64,000 nucleotides of DNA from positions 16,988,001-17,052,000 of the forward strand of contig JBHGNT010000014.1 of assembly GCA_043228905.1 (NCBI GenBank), given 5' to 3'. Source of the stretch: Azolla caroliniana (taxonomy: Eukaryota; Plantae; Polypodiophyta). A model generated the notes under the pieces. It saw only the letters and a list, made by a program, of their open reading frames with translations, had not been told where the DNA came from and did no database searches. Every line of letters begins with the position of its first letter. The first letter of the stretch is position 1. Positions 1 through 10,992 of this stretch are shown here, piece by piece. The position numbers were made by a program, and so were the translations under genes.

Positions 1-497
1 TTACATAGGAGGATGGGTTCATCATTATGTCCATTTGACCATTTTAAGTCGTAGTTTTGGAGAAATAATACATTTGAAGGGGACAATATATTTGTCCATG
101 TACTTAATTAAAATATGCATAGGTAGGATACGTGGAACAAAGGACAATGATTGTAGAATGCATGGACATGTTTTATGTGTGGAGCAAACTCCCATGAATA
201 AGACTAATCACATAGATGGATCACTCAAAAGTTGTATTCAATTATGTCAACATTATGCTCAAACGATAATAGTAGACTCAATGCAATCTTCCTACAATTA
301 TATGTTACAAATAAATAGGTGGTTGGAAATTTTGATTTGTCACTTACAACCAAATATTGACATTGAATGCGAAGGCTTGTCAAGTGCAGCTCATTATGTG
401 GATTTATTAATATGTTGCGTTTCGAATTGTAAAGGTTAGTTCATGCATGAAGGTTCAACGCCTATGTGTTGGAAAAATCAAGGATTTACATAATAGT

Positions 498-543
498 TTC
501 CCTCGTTTGATGAGATTGTAGCTAGCTATTTTAGTTATACCGT
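498..543 (+). pseudogene. hAT transposase remnant, C-terminal dimerisation (hATC) motif, 5' half
   Basis: Reads FPRLMRL*LAILVIP. Joined across the gypsy insertion to 7725 it gives ...VIPYRIVACERCFSRQ, matching the hATC pattern IPxSxxxCERxFS. Confidence 0.6.
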
Positions 544-1250
544 TGTTGTAGTGTGAATCAGACACTATGTGAAACATACCAAAGCCTTGGTGGTTCCCAC
601 CCGATTCACACAACGATTCGGAGCCGAAAGGCATGACACCGGTGAGAACCATATAAAGAGACAAATTTGTAAATAGAAGAAAATATTGTTACATGCATAG
701 GGCAGGATTCAAACCCTGTACCTCCATGTTAACGATTTTTAAGCCTTACCATTATACTAGCGTATTATGAATTTTAAAGTTATACTAAACTTTATCCCAT
801 GTAAATATTCTAGACATGCATGGTACAAAAAGTTATTCATGCATAGACACTCGAGTTAAAAAGAAAAGATGAGATAGAAAGCTAATCATGCACATGCAAT
901 GTGCATGAAAACTAAAGATAGGAAAAGCATGATGCTTGCATGTGATAAACTTAGACTCTTCCAACACTATATAAGGAAGAGAGAAAGATGTATAGAGGTT
1001 GTTGATTATTTTATAAGGGTTGATTAATATAATATAATCGTGAATCCACGAGTTTGCTAACTAATTTTCTCTCTTAATTTGAGTACTCACTAATACACTA
1101 TACTCGTGGGATTCACGAGTTTTTCATATCTTTCTTTCTTACAATATATTTCATATTCTTAATTGCCTTAGAATTTTCTTTCCTCCTAGTCCAAAACCCC
1201 AACGATTCCCACCTGACTCACACAACGATCTGGAGCCGTAAGGCACGACA
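544..1250 (+). repeat. 5' LTR of gypsy element
   Basis: TGTTGTAG...CACGACA; near-identical to 6909-7720 but lacks ~105 bp of 41-bp repeats. Confidence 0.9.
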
Positions 1251-1254
1251 CAAG

Positions 1255-1272
1255 TGGTGAACCCGACGTGAA
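1255..1272 (+). promoter_or_regulatory. Primer-binding site, tRNA-Trp
   Basis: TGGTGAACCCGACGTGAA is complementary to the plant tRNA-Trp 3' end (...TTCACGTCGGGTTCA-CCA, recalled sequence); starts after a 4-nt spacer behind the LTR. Confidence 0.85.
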
Positions 1273-1288
1273 CACGGGTGGCAAGGAG

Positions 1289-3328
1289 ATGGAAAATCAA
1301 CCGGAGGCTAACAACATGATGATGATGTTCGAGCGGATTCTTCAAGAACAACGTGCGATGTTAGAGATAGCGGCAGCAGTAGAGCGGCTTGTGCAACGGA
1401 TCGGGCAATTCAACGGGAAGGACGTATCGTGCTATCTTCGGGACTACAAGGCGGAAATGATACGATGCGGGATTTTGGAAGGACTGCAAGTGACATCCTT
1501 CAACCGGGTTGCTACCGATGGGCTTCAAGCAAGTATCCACGTGCTACGACAACAAAATCCGAAGTGGGAAGCATTTGAAGAGGCGTTAAAGACCACGTTC
1601 GCTATCAAGGACTCCTCCAAGGCAACACGGAGAGGATTCAAGGATTGGGTAGAAACATCGGACAAGGGGATGAAGGTCCTTGATGTGTTTTCGGCATTCG
1701 AAAGTCGGTTCGGGAGGTTGTCTGCGAGAGATCAAGCTATCCTCGCACCGGACAAAGTTATCATGTTCTTACGAGCCGTAGATGTCCGGGACCGGAAGGA
1801 TCTTGGAGTGCTTCTAGAGGACACGACTACCGAGAGTGGCCTCACTGAAACATGGGAAAGCGTGTGGGATATCGTCACGCGATACACAAAGAGGGGGCAA
1901 TGGCTTGCCAACGAAGAAAAGAGGGTTTCAGAACCGATTCCGAAACCGAGATCCGGATCGAAAGACCATCAACCGCGGGCTCGAGAAGCTACGACTAAGA
2001 AGGGAATCGATGCAACTACGGGGGAGCAGTTGTGGAAGGAGATGGAGAATCTAAAAATCGCGATGGTAAAGAAGTCGGATGACCGTCCCACAAGTTCCAA
2101 GTATATGGACCGTCGATGCATATGGTGCGATAGCACCGAACATGATCGGAGGGATTGTGACGAGCACAAGAAAGCGCTACGACAGGATCTTATCTACTAC
2201 GAGGGAAATCGGATTCATTCGATGGACTCTCGGAAGCCGCTCTGCCCGAACTTCCGAAAAGGCGGCATGAAGAAGGTCCTAGAGGAAATAGCGGCGAAGA
2301 GCAATTACGCAACAACCGCGGGAATACGTGTCGGGGAGTCATCGGGAGCAAAGGTGTCTTTTTGGCCGGAAGTGCTAGAAAACACCGAGAAAACCGACTC
2401 TAACGAGGTCCGAAGCACTGCGGAAGGCATCCGGGAAGCTACGGGATGGGAGTGCCCCGTCAATAAGAATAGCGTATACGCCCTATGTCAATTACATGAG
2501 GTATATGTGGATGAGAAGCGGCGACGCACGGAGGATGCGGCTGGACCATCGAAGACACCGGAGAGCTGGAACTCCGATGGAAGAGGGAAAGGAAAAACGA
2601 TTTCGGCATTCAAGCTCGCCTCGGACATCGAACAACAAACGAACTTGAAAAAGGTGTTCGAGGAGAGAATCCTTGACAACCGGGTAGATTTTTCGCTTCG
2701 GGAACTACTCGGAATAGCAAAAAAAGAGTTCCATGATCTTCTTGTGGATCTCGTAAAAAGAAAAAGACAAACTACGGAGGAAAATGCATTGATGGTGAAT
2801 GCAAATACCGTTCTGATGAACGACACCGAAGTGGAGGACGAGATTCCGAATTCCCACTATACAAAGCCACACTGGCCGCGTGCAACTACGGAGACTCCGG
2901 TCCGAATCGGCAACATCAAAGAGCCCGTGCTAGCATTGATTGATCACGGATCGAAGATCAATTTTATGTCCAAAGAGTTCTACAGGAAGGGGAAGTGGTC
3001 TATTAACACCAATCATGGATGGAAGATCCGGGCGGCCACTAAAGCAACGGAAGATCTATTTGCGGCTTGTCCGGATGTGACGGTGAAGATCGGGGATGTC
3101 GAGATCGACCAAAATTTCTTCGTACAAGATGAGGTCTCACACTCCGTGATCCTCGGGCAACCCTTTATCACGGCATCACGGATGGAGACGAAGGTGCTCG
3201 ATAGCGGTGCGGCTTTTGCACGAATTCGGAGCCAAAACGGAGGGAAATCCGTCCAATTCCTAACGGTGTCGGCAAATCATGAAAGGAACAAGAGAGAGCT
3301 CTTGTCCCAAATAAGAATGGATTTTTAG
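1289..3328 (+). CDS. Gag-protease polyprotein of gypsy element
   Basis: Open ORF with zinc knuckle CIWCDSTEHDRRDC and aspartic protease motif LIDHGS. Confidence 0.85.
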   Translation: MENQPEANNMMMMFERILQEQRAMLEIAAAVERLVQRIGQFNGKDVSCYLRDYKAEMIRCGILEGLQVTSFNRVATDGLQASIHVLRQQNPKWEAFEEALKTTFAIKDSSKATRRGFKDWVETSDKGMKVLDVFSAFESRFGRLSARDQAILAPDKVIMFLRAVDVRDRKDLGVLLEDTTTESGLTETWESVWDIVTRYTKRGQWLANEEKRVSEPIPKPRSGSKDHQPRAREATTKKGIDATTGEQLWKEMENLKIAMVKKSDDRPTSSKYMDRRCIWCDSTEHDRRDCDEHKKALRQDLIYYEGNRIHSMDSRKPLCPNFRKGGMKKVLEEIAAKSNYATTAGIRVGESSGAKVSFWPEVLENTEKTDSNEVRSTAEGIREATGWECPVNKNSVYALCQLHEVYVDEKRRRTEDAAGPSKTPESWNSDGRGKGKTISAFKLASDIEQQTNLKKVFEERILDNRVDFSLRELLGIAKKEFHDLLVDLVKRKRQTTEENALMVNANTVLMNDTEVEDEIPNSHYTKPHWPRATTETPVRIGNIKEPVLALIDHGSKINFMSKEFYRKGKWSINTNHGWKIRAATKATEDLFAACPDVTVKIGDVEIDQNFFVQDEVSHSVILGQPFITASRMETKVLDSGAAFARIRSQNGGKSVQFLTVSANHERNKRELLSQIRMDF

Positions 3329-6300
3329 AGCAGACTGTTGCGGAGTGGGGAAGTGATAGTCCGAGAAGCCCTGATACCCCACACAGGAAGAAACCTCTCG
3401 GTGCAAAACAAGTACAAATCGGTCCGGATGGGGCATCCACGTACACGGCCGTAATCGGAGGAATGAAGAAAGAATACCGAAAAGTGGAGGATAAGTTACG
3501 GTCGGCATCAATAATAAAAGAAGACGAAGAAATCGTGGGAATAGTCGAAGAAGTGTTCTATGGGAGCACACTACAACGGCTTGAAGAGCTCGCGAAAGAT
3601 ACAAGCCAGGGAAACCGGGTAATTCCAGTGGAGTCGGTCGAGATGTACGAGATCATTGTGAAAATGGGGCCGGATGCGCTCCGCAAAGAAGAAGCAATGG
3701 TAAGTACGAAATACAAGACCGTGGAGAAGAAAGTGAAACCGATTGCGGGACTGTTAACCGCAGATAGCGAACAAAAGAGGAAAGAAGTCTCGGGGGATCC
3801 GACACTTCGGAAGTCCATGGATATTGGACATGCCTTCACGGATGAGACCCGGAAGAAACTTCAGATCGGTGGAGGTGGGTTCCTATTAAAGAATGAAGAA
3901 GAACAATCCCGTGGGATGCTAGAGCGACATGGGAGAGCATTTGCATTTACATCGAAAGAAATAGGATGCACTGACCCGAAGATAGTGGAGCCGATGGTGA
4001 TCTTCACAATTGACCATGTGTCGTGGAACCTGAAGCCGATTCCGGTGCCATGGGCGCATATTCCGAAAATCATCGACTTGCTCAAGGAGAAGGTGGTGAT
4101 GGGGATTCTAGAGCCATCAAATGCTCCGTACTCAAATCGATGGTTTACGGTTCCGAAGAGGAATGGGTCACTCCGATTTATTCAAGATTTGCAACCGGTG
4201 AACAAGGTCACGATCCGGAACTCCGGAGTCGGTCCGATAGTGGACGAATTTGCGGAAGCATTTGCCGGTCGCGCGATATACTCCATCGGAGACCTATACT
4301 CCGGATATGACCAATTCCAACTAGTTGTGAAGAGCCGAGACATCACTACCATGCGGACACCAATAGGATTAGTCCGGATGTGTACGCTACCACAAGGCGC
4401 GACGAACTCGGTCGCACATATGATGAATGCGATGAACAAGGTGCTTCGAGACTGCATTCCGGAGATAACGATGCCATTCCTAGATGACATTCCAATGAAA
4501 GGATGCGCGGTAGAAGAAAAAGATGAAACTATGGATGATCGGGGATGCCAAAAGTTCGTAGTCGACCATATTCGCGATTGCGAGAAAGTGCTTCGAAAGT
4601 TAGAAGATGTGCATCCAACACTTTTCGGTGAGAAATTAGCATTCGGGCAAGAAGAAATATTGGTAGTCGGACATCTATGTGGGCCATATGGCTGAAGACC
4701 GTCACCAACCAAGATCGACGCGATTCAAGCTATGAAAGAAGTATGCGAGTCACAATCCGAAGTTCGAAGGTTTCTTGGAGCATGTGCATTCTACCACATA
4801 TGGATTCCGCACTATGCACATATAGCGGACCCACTCTATCACTTGTTGCGGAAGGGTAAGAAGTTTGAATGGAAATCGGAGCATACCAAAGTCATGAAGA
4901 AGCTCAAGAAATCACTACGGAGGGCAAAAGCACTAAAGAAGCTGAACTATGACCAACCGATCATAGTAACGGTTGACACAAGTCCAACGGGAATCGGATG
5001 GGTCCTCAATCAAGCCGATCCGGAAGGTTCGCGATATCCGATCCGATTCGGAGCAAACGTTCTAAACGAAAGGCAACGCGGATATGCACAAGTTAAAAGA
5101 GAATTATGGGGAGTCGTGTCGGCAATAAAATCGTATCGAGATTATTTGATCGGAGCCGAAGTAGTGATCGAAACGGATTGTCTTCCGATACTCGGGATGA
5201 TGCGATGTTGCACGATACCAGATGTGGCTATGCTAAGATGGATTGCATATGTTAAGTCGCTTAATCCGGAGGTACAACACATCAAGGGCGGACGCGGTAG
5301 CGGATATGTTATCAAGGGCGCGGTTCGGAGATAACATAACCGAATCCAATAATGAAGAAGTTTCCGAAGACTACTTTGCTTCGGAGCACATATGCCGGGT
5401 GAACGTAATCCGAGAATTCCGGGAAGAAGAATACGAGGGAGAAAGCTTGCTGACCGGGAAAGTGCTACAAGAAATCGAGGAATCATCGGACAATAAAGAG
5501 AAGAGAGCCGAGATCCGAAGTAAGAAGCGGCAAGTCCGAAAGTTCTTCTTGAAAAGTGGATTACTATGGAGGGAGCCGAAAAGACCGGATGGCATACCAC
5601 TTCGAGTAGTCGGGACGAAAAGGCAACGAAACCGGATAATGTCCAAATTTCACGAATCCGATTGGGCTGGACATCGAGGAACATGGGCAACTTTTGTGAA
5701 AATCAAACAAAAATATTGGTGGAAGAACATGTACAAAGATATAGCGAAGTTCACGGAAAGCTGCGAGAAGTGTCAAATCTACTCTGGAGTTCGACACTAA
5801 GATGAGTTACATCCGACATTCTCACCATCAACTTCAAATGGATCGTCGATATTGTAGCCATGCCAACCGGGATCGGACAAAAGAAGTACTTGGTGTTAGC
5901 TCGGGAAGATCTCACAAACCAAGTAGAAGGTCGGGCGCTACGGAGGAAAACGTGTTCTACGGTATGCCAAATCCTTTTGGAAGAAGTGTTTTGCAGGTAC
6001 GGGTGCGTAGGACAAGTGATTGCGGATCGGGGAGAACTCGACTCTGATAAAGCTAAGGAATTCTTCACTAAACATGTAGTTCGGTTAACACTGACAACGA
6101 CATACAATCTGGAAGCCAATGGGAAGATCAAACGAGGACATAGTTCGATTGTCAAAGCACTTGCGAAGGCATGCGATGGAAGGGTGAAGGATTGGCCGCA
6201 GATGCTTCCGTATGCACTATGGGCGGATCGGACGACGCATAGCTCCATAACCGGTTACATGCCGGCAGAACTCATGACCGGACAAGCACTAGTAATGCCA

Positions 6301-6852
6301 ACGGAAACCGCAATCGCGACATGGACAGTGCTACCGTGGAAGGAAGAGATGAGCCAAGAAGAACTACTAGCGGTCCGAATACGACAACTAGAGGGAAGAC
6401 CGGAAGACATAGCGGAAGCAATACACCGACGACAAGAAGCGTGATTCCGGAATAAAAGCTGGTTTGACAGAAAGCACCGACTACGATCGCGAAAGATTGA
6501 AGAAGGAGATTGGGTGATTGTCTACAACAGTAGTTTGGATCATCAACATACAACAATGCGGAAGTTCGCGAAAAGGTGGTTCGGGCCATACAAGGTTCGG
6601 AAAGTTTTCGACAATGGAACTTACCGACTATGCGAGTTGGATGGAACGTTGCTACGAGTGCCTATAGCCGGGAAATGGGTGAAGATTTTCAAGAAGCGGA
6701 CTGATAAAGAACCCTATGTGATCCTAGACAAGACCAACAAGAAGGAGCAATCAGACGAAGATCGTGGTGATGCGGAAAGCGAAGAAAGTGGATTACAACT
6801 CATAGTCGACTTAAGGGGAGAATCGGAGGAAGCTTCAGATGAAGGTGAATAG
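3325..6852 (+). pseudogene. pol (RT, RNase H, integrase) of gypsy element, with stops and frameshifts
   Basis: RT motifs DLYSGYDQF, QGATNSVA, FLDD; RNase H VDTSPTGIG; integrase HHCC (H..GHRG..CEKCQ), core (ADRGE, EANG) and GPY motif. Split over ORFs 3463, 4732, 5243, 5860 and 6514. Confidence 0.9.
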
Positions 6853-6896
6853 CAAGCATCGGGGACTTCGGCACATACCGGAGGATGTGCGGGTTC

Positions 6897-6908
6897 GGAG
6901 GGGGCGAG
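6897..6908 (+). promoter_or_regulatory. Polypurine tract of gypsy element
   Basis: GGAGGGGGCGAG immediately before the 3' LTR. Confidence 0.7.
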
Positions 6909-7720
6909 TGGTAGTGTGAATCAGACACTACGTGAAACATACCAAAGCCTCGGTGGTTCCCACCCGATTCGCACAACGATCCGGAGCCGAAAGGCATGAC
7001 ACCGGTGAGAACCGGTAAGGAAGACCCTGTGAGAACCGGATGAAGGATGGAATCGGCAAGGAGGAACCAGTGAGAAACGGATGAAGGATGTAATCGGTAA
7101 GGAGGAACCGGTGTGAACCGGATGAAGAGACAAATTTGTAAATAGAAAAAAATATTGTTACATGCATAGGGCAGGATTCAAACCCTGTACCTCCATGTTA
7201 ACGATTTTTAAGCCTTACCATTATACTAGCGTATTATGAATTTTAAAGTTATATTAAACTTTATCCCATGTAAATATTCTAGACATGCATGGTACAAAAA
7301 GTTATTCATGCATAGACACTCGAGTTAAAAAGAAAAGATGAGATAGAAAGCTAATCATGCACATGCAATGTGCATGAAAACTAAAGATAGGAAAAGCATG
7401 ATGCTTGCATGTGATAAACTTAGACTCTTCCAACACTATATAAGGAAGAGAGAAAGATGTATAGAGGTTGTTGATTATTTTATAAGGGTTGATTAATATA
7501 ATATAATCGTGGGATCCACGAGTTTGCTAACTAATTTTCTCTCTTAATTTGAGTACTCACTAATACACTATACTCGTGGGATTCACGAGTTTTTCATATC
7601 TTTCTTTCTTACAATATATTTCATATTCTTAATTGCCTTAGAATTTTCTTTCCTCCTAGTCCAAAACCCCAACGATTCCCACCCGACTCACGCAACGATT
7701 CGGAGCTGTAAGGCACGACA
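6909..7720 (+). repeat. 3' LTR of gypsy element
   Basis: Matches the 5' LTR, ends CACGACA, followed by CCGT. Confidence 0.9.
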
Positions 7721-7724
7721 CCGT

Positions 7725-7770
7725 ATCGTATTGTTGCTTGTGAGAGATGCTTTTCTAGGCAAGATGCAGT
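7725..7770 (+). pseudogene. hAT transposase remnant, hATC motif, 3' half
   Basis: Continues the 498-543 frame as RIVACERCFSRQDAV. Confidence 0.6.
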
Positions 7771-7973
7771 AAGGAGTTTAAAAACGCATGTAATTGTTGC
7801 TTGTGAGAGCAATGAGTGTGTCTTATGAGATACTCAACAAGTAAACATTTTGGCAAACTATCAAATGGGGTGAAATGAAAGGACACGTTTTCAAAAATGA
7901 TCTTGATAGCTTTGCTTTGGAAGCAATATAGACTCTAGTCTCTAACAAAACAACACATTGTGTAACCGCGCGT

Positions 7974-7974
<1 letters not shown>

Positions 7975-8016
<42 letters not shown>
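7975..8016. repeat. (CA)n microsatellite
   Basis: About 20 CA units. Confidence 0.95.
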
Positions 8017-8017
<1 letters not shown>

Positions 8018-8859
8018 TGTCTAACTAAATTTATAGGAGTTCCCTATAACGAGTTGAGTGGATACTTTATCAGAGTGATATCCTACTTTCTCTCATGATA
8101 TTTAATACATTTTGGTCGAAATTACCATTTGTAAGTTGAGTTTCTAAACTAATTCCCTCGCTCTTATATGGTTGTTGATTTGCTATTGAGTTGTTTTCTT
8201 TATGAGTAGGTTTATCGCCACATAATCATCCCTATTTTGATGGTATACCTTGTCCTATTATAATCTCGGGCATTCTCTCTCCCTCCATCATGACATACAT
8301 AATCTAATTAATTCCATAATGTAAAACTACGTTCTACATTTCATCAAGCTATGTGTGATAAATGTTCCACAATCATGAGCACATGCCAAGGCAAGGCAGT
8401 AGCAATCATCTTCATTTATTCAATGAGTTGTAAATTAGAAGCTAATGTTTACAAGCTTCTACCGATGAGAGGTTTCTACAATGATAATTGGTAATGCATT
8501 ATGACAATTCGATATCTACATATTCTAGAATGATAGGTACTCAACCCTAAGCGTGGAAAAGCACTCGTCACTCCCTAAATTCCACCAAGGAAAACCAATA
8601 TCCATTTTTCTACATGGCAAAGCCATAATCTAAGACATTACCTCTGCAATCTTTTCCTATAACATTCTTCACGTTCTCGGTGCTGGGTGGGAGCAATCGG
8701 TCCGAGTTTGGAAGAATGTACAAGCAAGGGCTGATCGTCATGTACATATGTCAAAGGAGCATCGAACTGTTTCGTGACCATGTCGGTTGGACGGGGTTAC
8801 TTGTACTCCATACGAACAATCTGCCGTATTCAATAACGTTGTCTCCACGTGCATGCGTG

Positions 8860-9112
8860 CACACACACATACACACTTGCACTCACTCCCGGAGACCATT
8901 GGGGGGTGATTGGGCACACACGAATACACACACACACACACTCACACACACTCATGGAGACCATTGGGGGGTGATTGGGCACACACGAACACACACACAC
9001 ACACACACACTCGTACTCACTTCCCGGAGACCATTGGGGGATGATTGGGCACACACGAATACACACACACACACACACTCCGGAGACCATTGGGGGGGGG
9101 GGGTGACTTGGC
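8860..9112. repeat. Minisatellite, ~4 units of ~65 bp with embedded (CA)n
   Basis: Repeated GGAGACCATTGGGGG(G/A)TGATTGGGCACACACGAA-(CA)n. Confidence 0.9.
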
Positions 9113-9598
9113 ACGCTTATCTAGCAAAGGACACAAGACACCACACCACGTCTGCTCGGATTCGGTAACGTTTGTCGTTTATCTCGGACACTCTCCGAGA
9201 CCATTGGACAGGTGTCCGGAAGCTCTCTCCGGAATCTGATGAAAACTTTTGATTCCTCTTCTGCCCATCCCCATGGATCAATCAATCCAAATTCCAATCC
9301 AATCCAATCCAAATTCCAATCCATCATCATCTGTACATACATACTACATACACACATGGGATGGGGGTGGGAGGAGTGGTGGCTTTAGTAATTAAATGAG
9401 GAACAAAATAGCAATCAATTTTGCATGGTACCTTCCTTAACCCCACTGTCAGGGAATCTCCATGCTTTTCTGTTGTTCTCCCCTGCTCTTTCTTCCCCTT
9501 CTGTCCTTCCATTCCTGCTTTCCTTCTTTGTTTCATCAACCACCCAGTACCCTAAAGCAGAGTATATCATCTTTTTCTACCTGCTGGATCTTCTTCAG

Positions 9599-10660
9599 GT
9601 AATTACAATTCCTTTGCAAATTTCATTGCCCCTCTCCATCTGCTGCATTTCTCTTATTCAAGTGTTTTTAAAGTAAAATTCCTGCATTTTTTTTTTAATA
9701 TTTATATTTGTCTGCCTTTATTTTCTTCTTTGATCCAGCTGCATGCTTCCCCTTTTGTGTAGTGGAAGGTCTATATATATTCGGTTTGTGAATGATTTTC
9801 TTGTGGGTTTAGGGTTCTCTATGATCTGCATGTTTATTCCGCCTCCTAATTATGTACCTTCATGTTTGCATTTGTTTTTCTATCATTCTTTGTACGCATC
9901 TTTTCAGTTCCTCGTATTAGTTTTAGGGTCTTTTAAATTCGCTACTGCACCACAGATGCCTCTTTTCAGTTTTAGAGTGTTTCTGCTTCATGTAGTTCTT
10001 GATATCGAATTTCAGTTTTTCTATTGTTGTATAAAGCTTTTCCTCTCATAGGTTTATTCTACATATTTTGGAGGTTAAAGGGCTAAACTTTGCTACTACG
10101 TAGCTCGTTCTTTTTCCAGGTTTAGCTTTTTATTTGCATCTTCTAGGTATTTTTTTTCAGATTTTAGTTTTTTTCTTTCCATTAAGCGGTTAATATTTTT
10201 CCAATTAGAGTTGTGATTTTTTTCTTGTTTCAAGCGTTTGTTTTCAGGTTCAGGGTTCTTTTCATCTTCTAACCCATGTGTTAGTTATGATGTTTTGGAT
10301 TTTCTCGACTCATCTGAGTATTTTTATTAATCAGGCGCGAGGCTTCTTTTATGTATCATTCAGGCGGTTTTCCAGGGTTAGGTTTATCTTTTGCATTTTG
10401 CAAGTGTTTGTTTCAGTTGTAGGGTTTTCTTTCCTCAGTAAATAAGGTGTTATATTTCAGTTTTTGGGTTATATTTGACACTATTCAGATGTTGGTGTTC
10501 TAGTTAGGTTTTTGTTGTTATTATTGGTATATTCAGGTTTTTTTGTAGCAGCATAGGGTTTTCTTATTTTTCAGGTTCAGGGTTTTGTTTTTGTTCTGCT
10601 TTTATTCTCGAAAATTAATGTCTAATTCAGCTCTTCTTCTTTGTCTCATCATTCGTTCAG
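9599..10660 (+). other. Probable 5'-UTR intron of the GMI1-like gene
   Basis: CAG|GTAATT donor at 9599, very T-rich body, TTCAG| acceptor two bases before the ATG at 10663. Confidence 0.55.
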
Positions 10661-10662
10661 CT

Positions 10663-10992
10663 ATGGCATCACCATTTCGTAAAAGGGCTTTCGAACCTTC
10701 GCTAGCTATTGGGTCGTCTTCGTCATCAGGGTTGAAAGCTCTGAAGTTAGCATTTGATCCCATAGACCTTGACATTCTGCTGCCCAATGGTGGGAGAGTT
10801 ATTATCTCGGTGGCTGAGAGTGAAAAGCTTGTTGTTGCTTCTTTGATCAAACAAATACAAAAAAGAATACCAAAGGACATATTGGAATCGCTTAACTGGC
10901 AAAAAGTGTTCCTTGAAGATCCTGCTGGAAACAAACTCTTAGATGGAGAGTTTGTTTTCTCTCGTAATGATTTGCGGACGCTCTTCCTCCAG
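10663..10992 (+). CDS. GMI1: GMI1-like coding exon 1
   Basis: MASPFRKR...RTLFLQ; inferred GC donor (CAG|GCTTGT). Confidence 0.65.

Larger units (their letters stand above)
544..7720 (+). mobile_element. Ty3/gypsy LTR retrotransposon, full length, pol disrupted
   Basis: Two similar LTRs (544-1250 and 6909-7720), CCGT on both flanks (540-543, 7721-7724), PBS, PPT, and gag(CCHC)-PR-RT-RH-IN order. Confidence 0.95.

Noticed and set aside
35-439. 134-aa ORF at window start
   Set aside because: No ATG start or motif; probably decayed transposon sequence upstream of the hATC remnant.
8860-9112. Repeat-spacer pattern resembling a CRISPR array
   Set aside because: The spacers are (CA)n microsatellite, there are no cas genes, and the context is eukaryotic.
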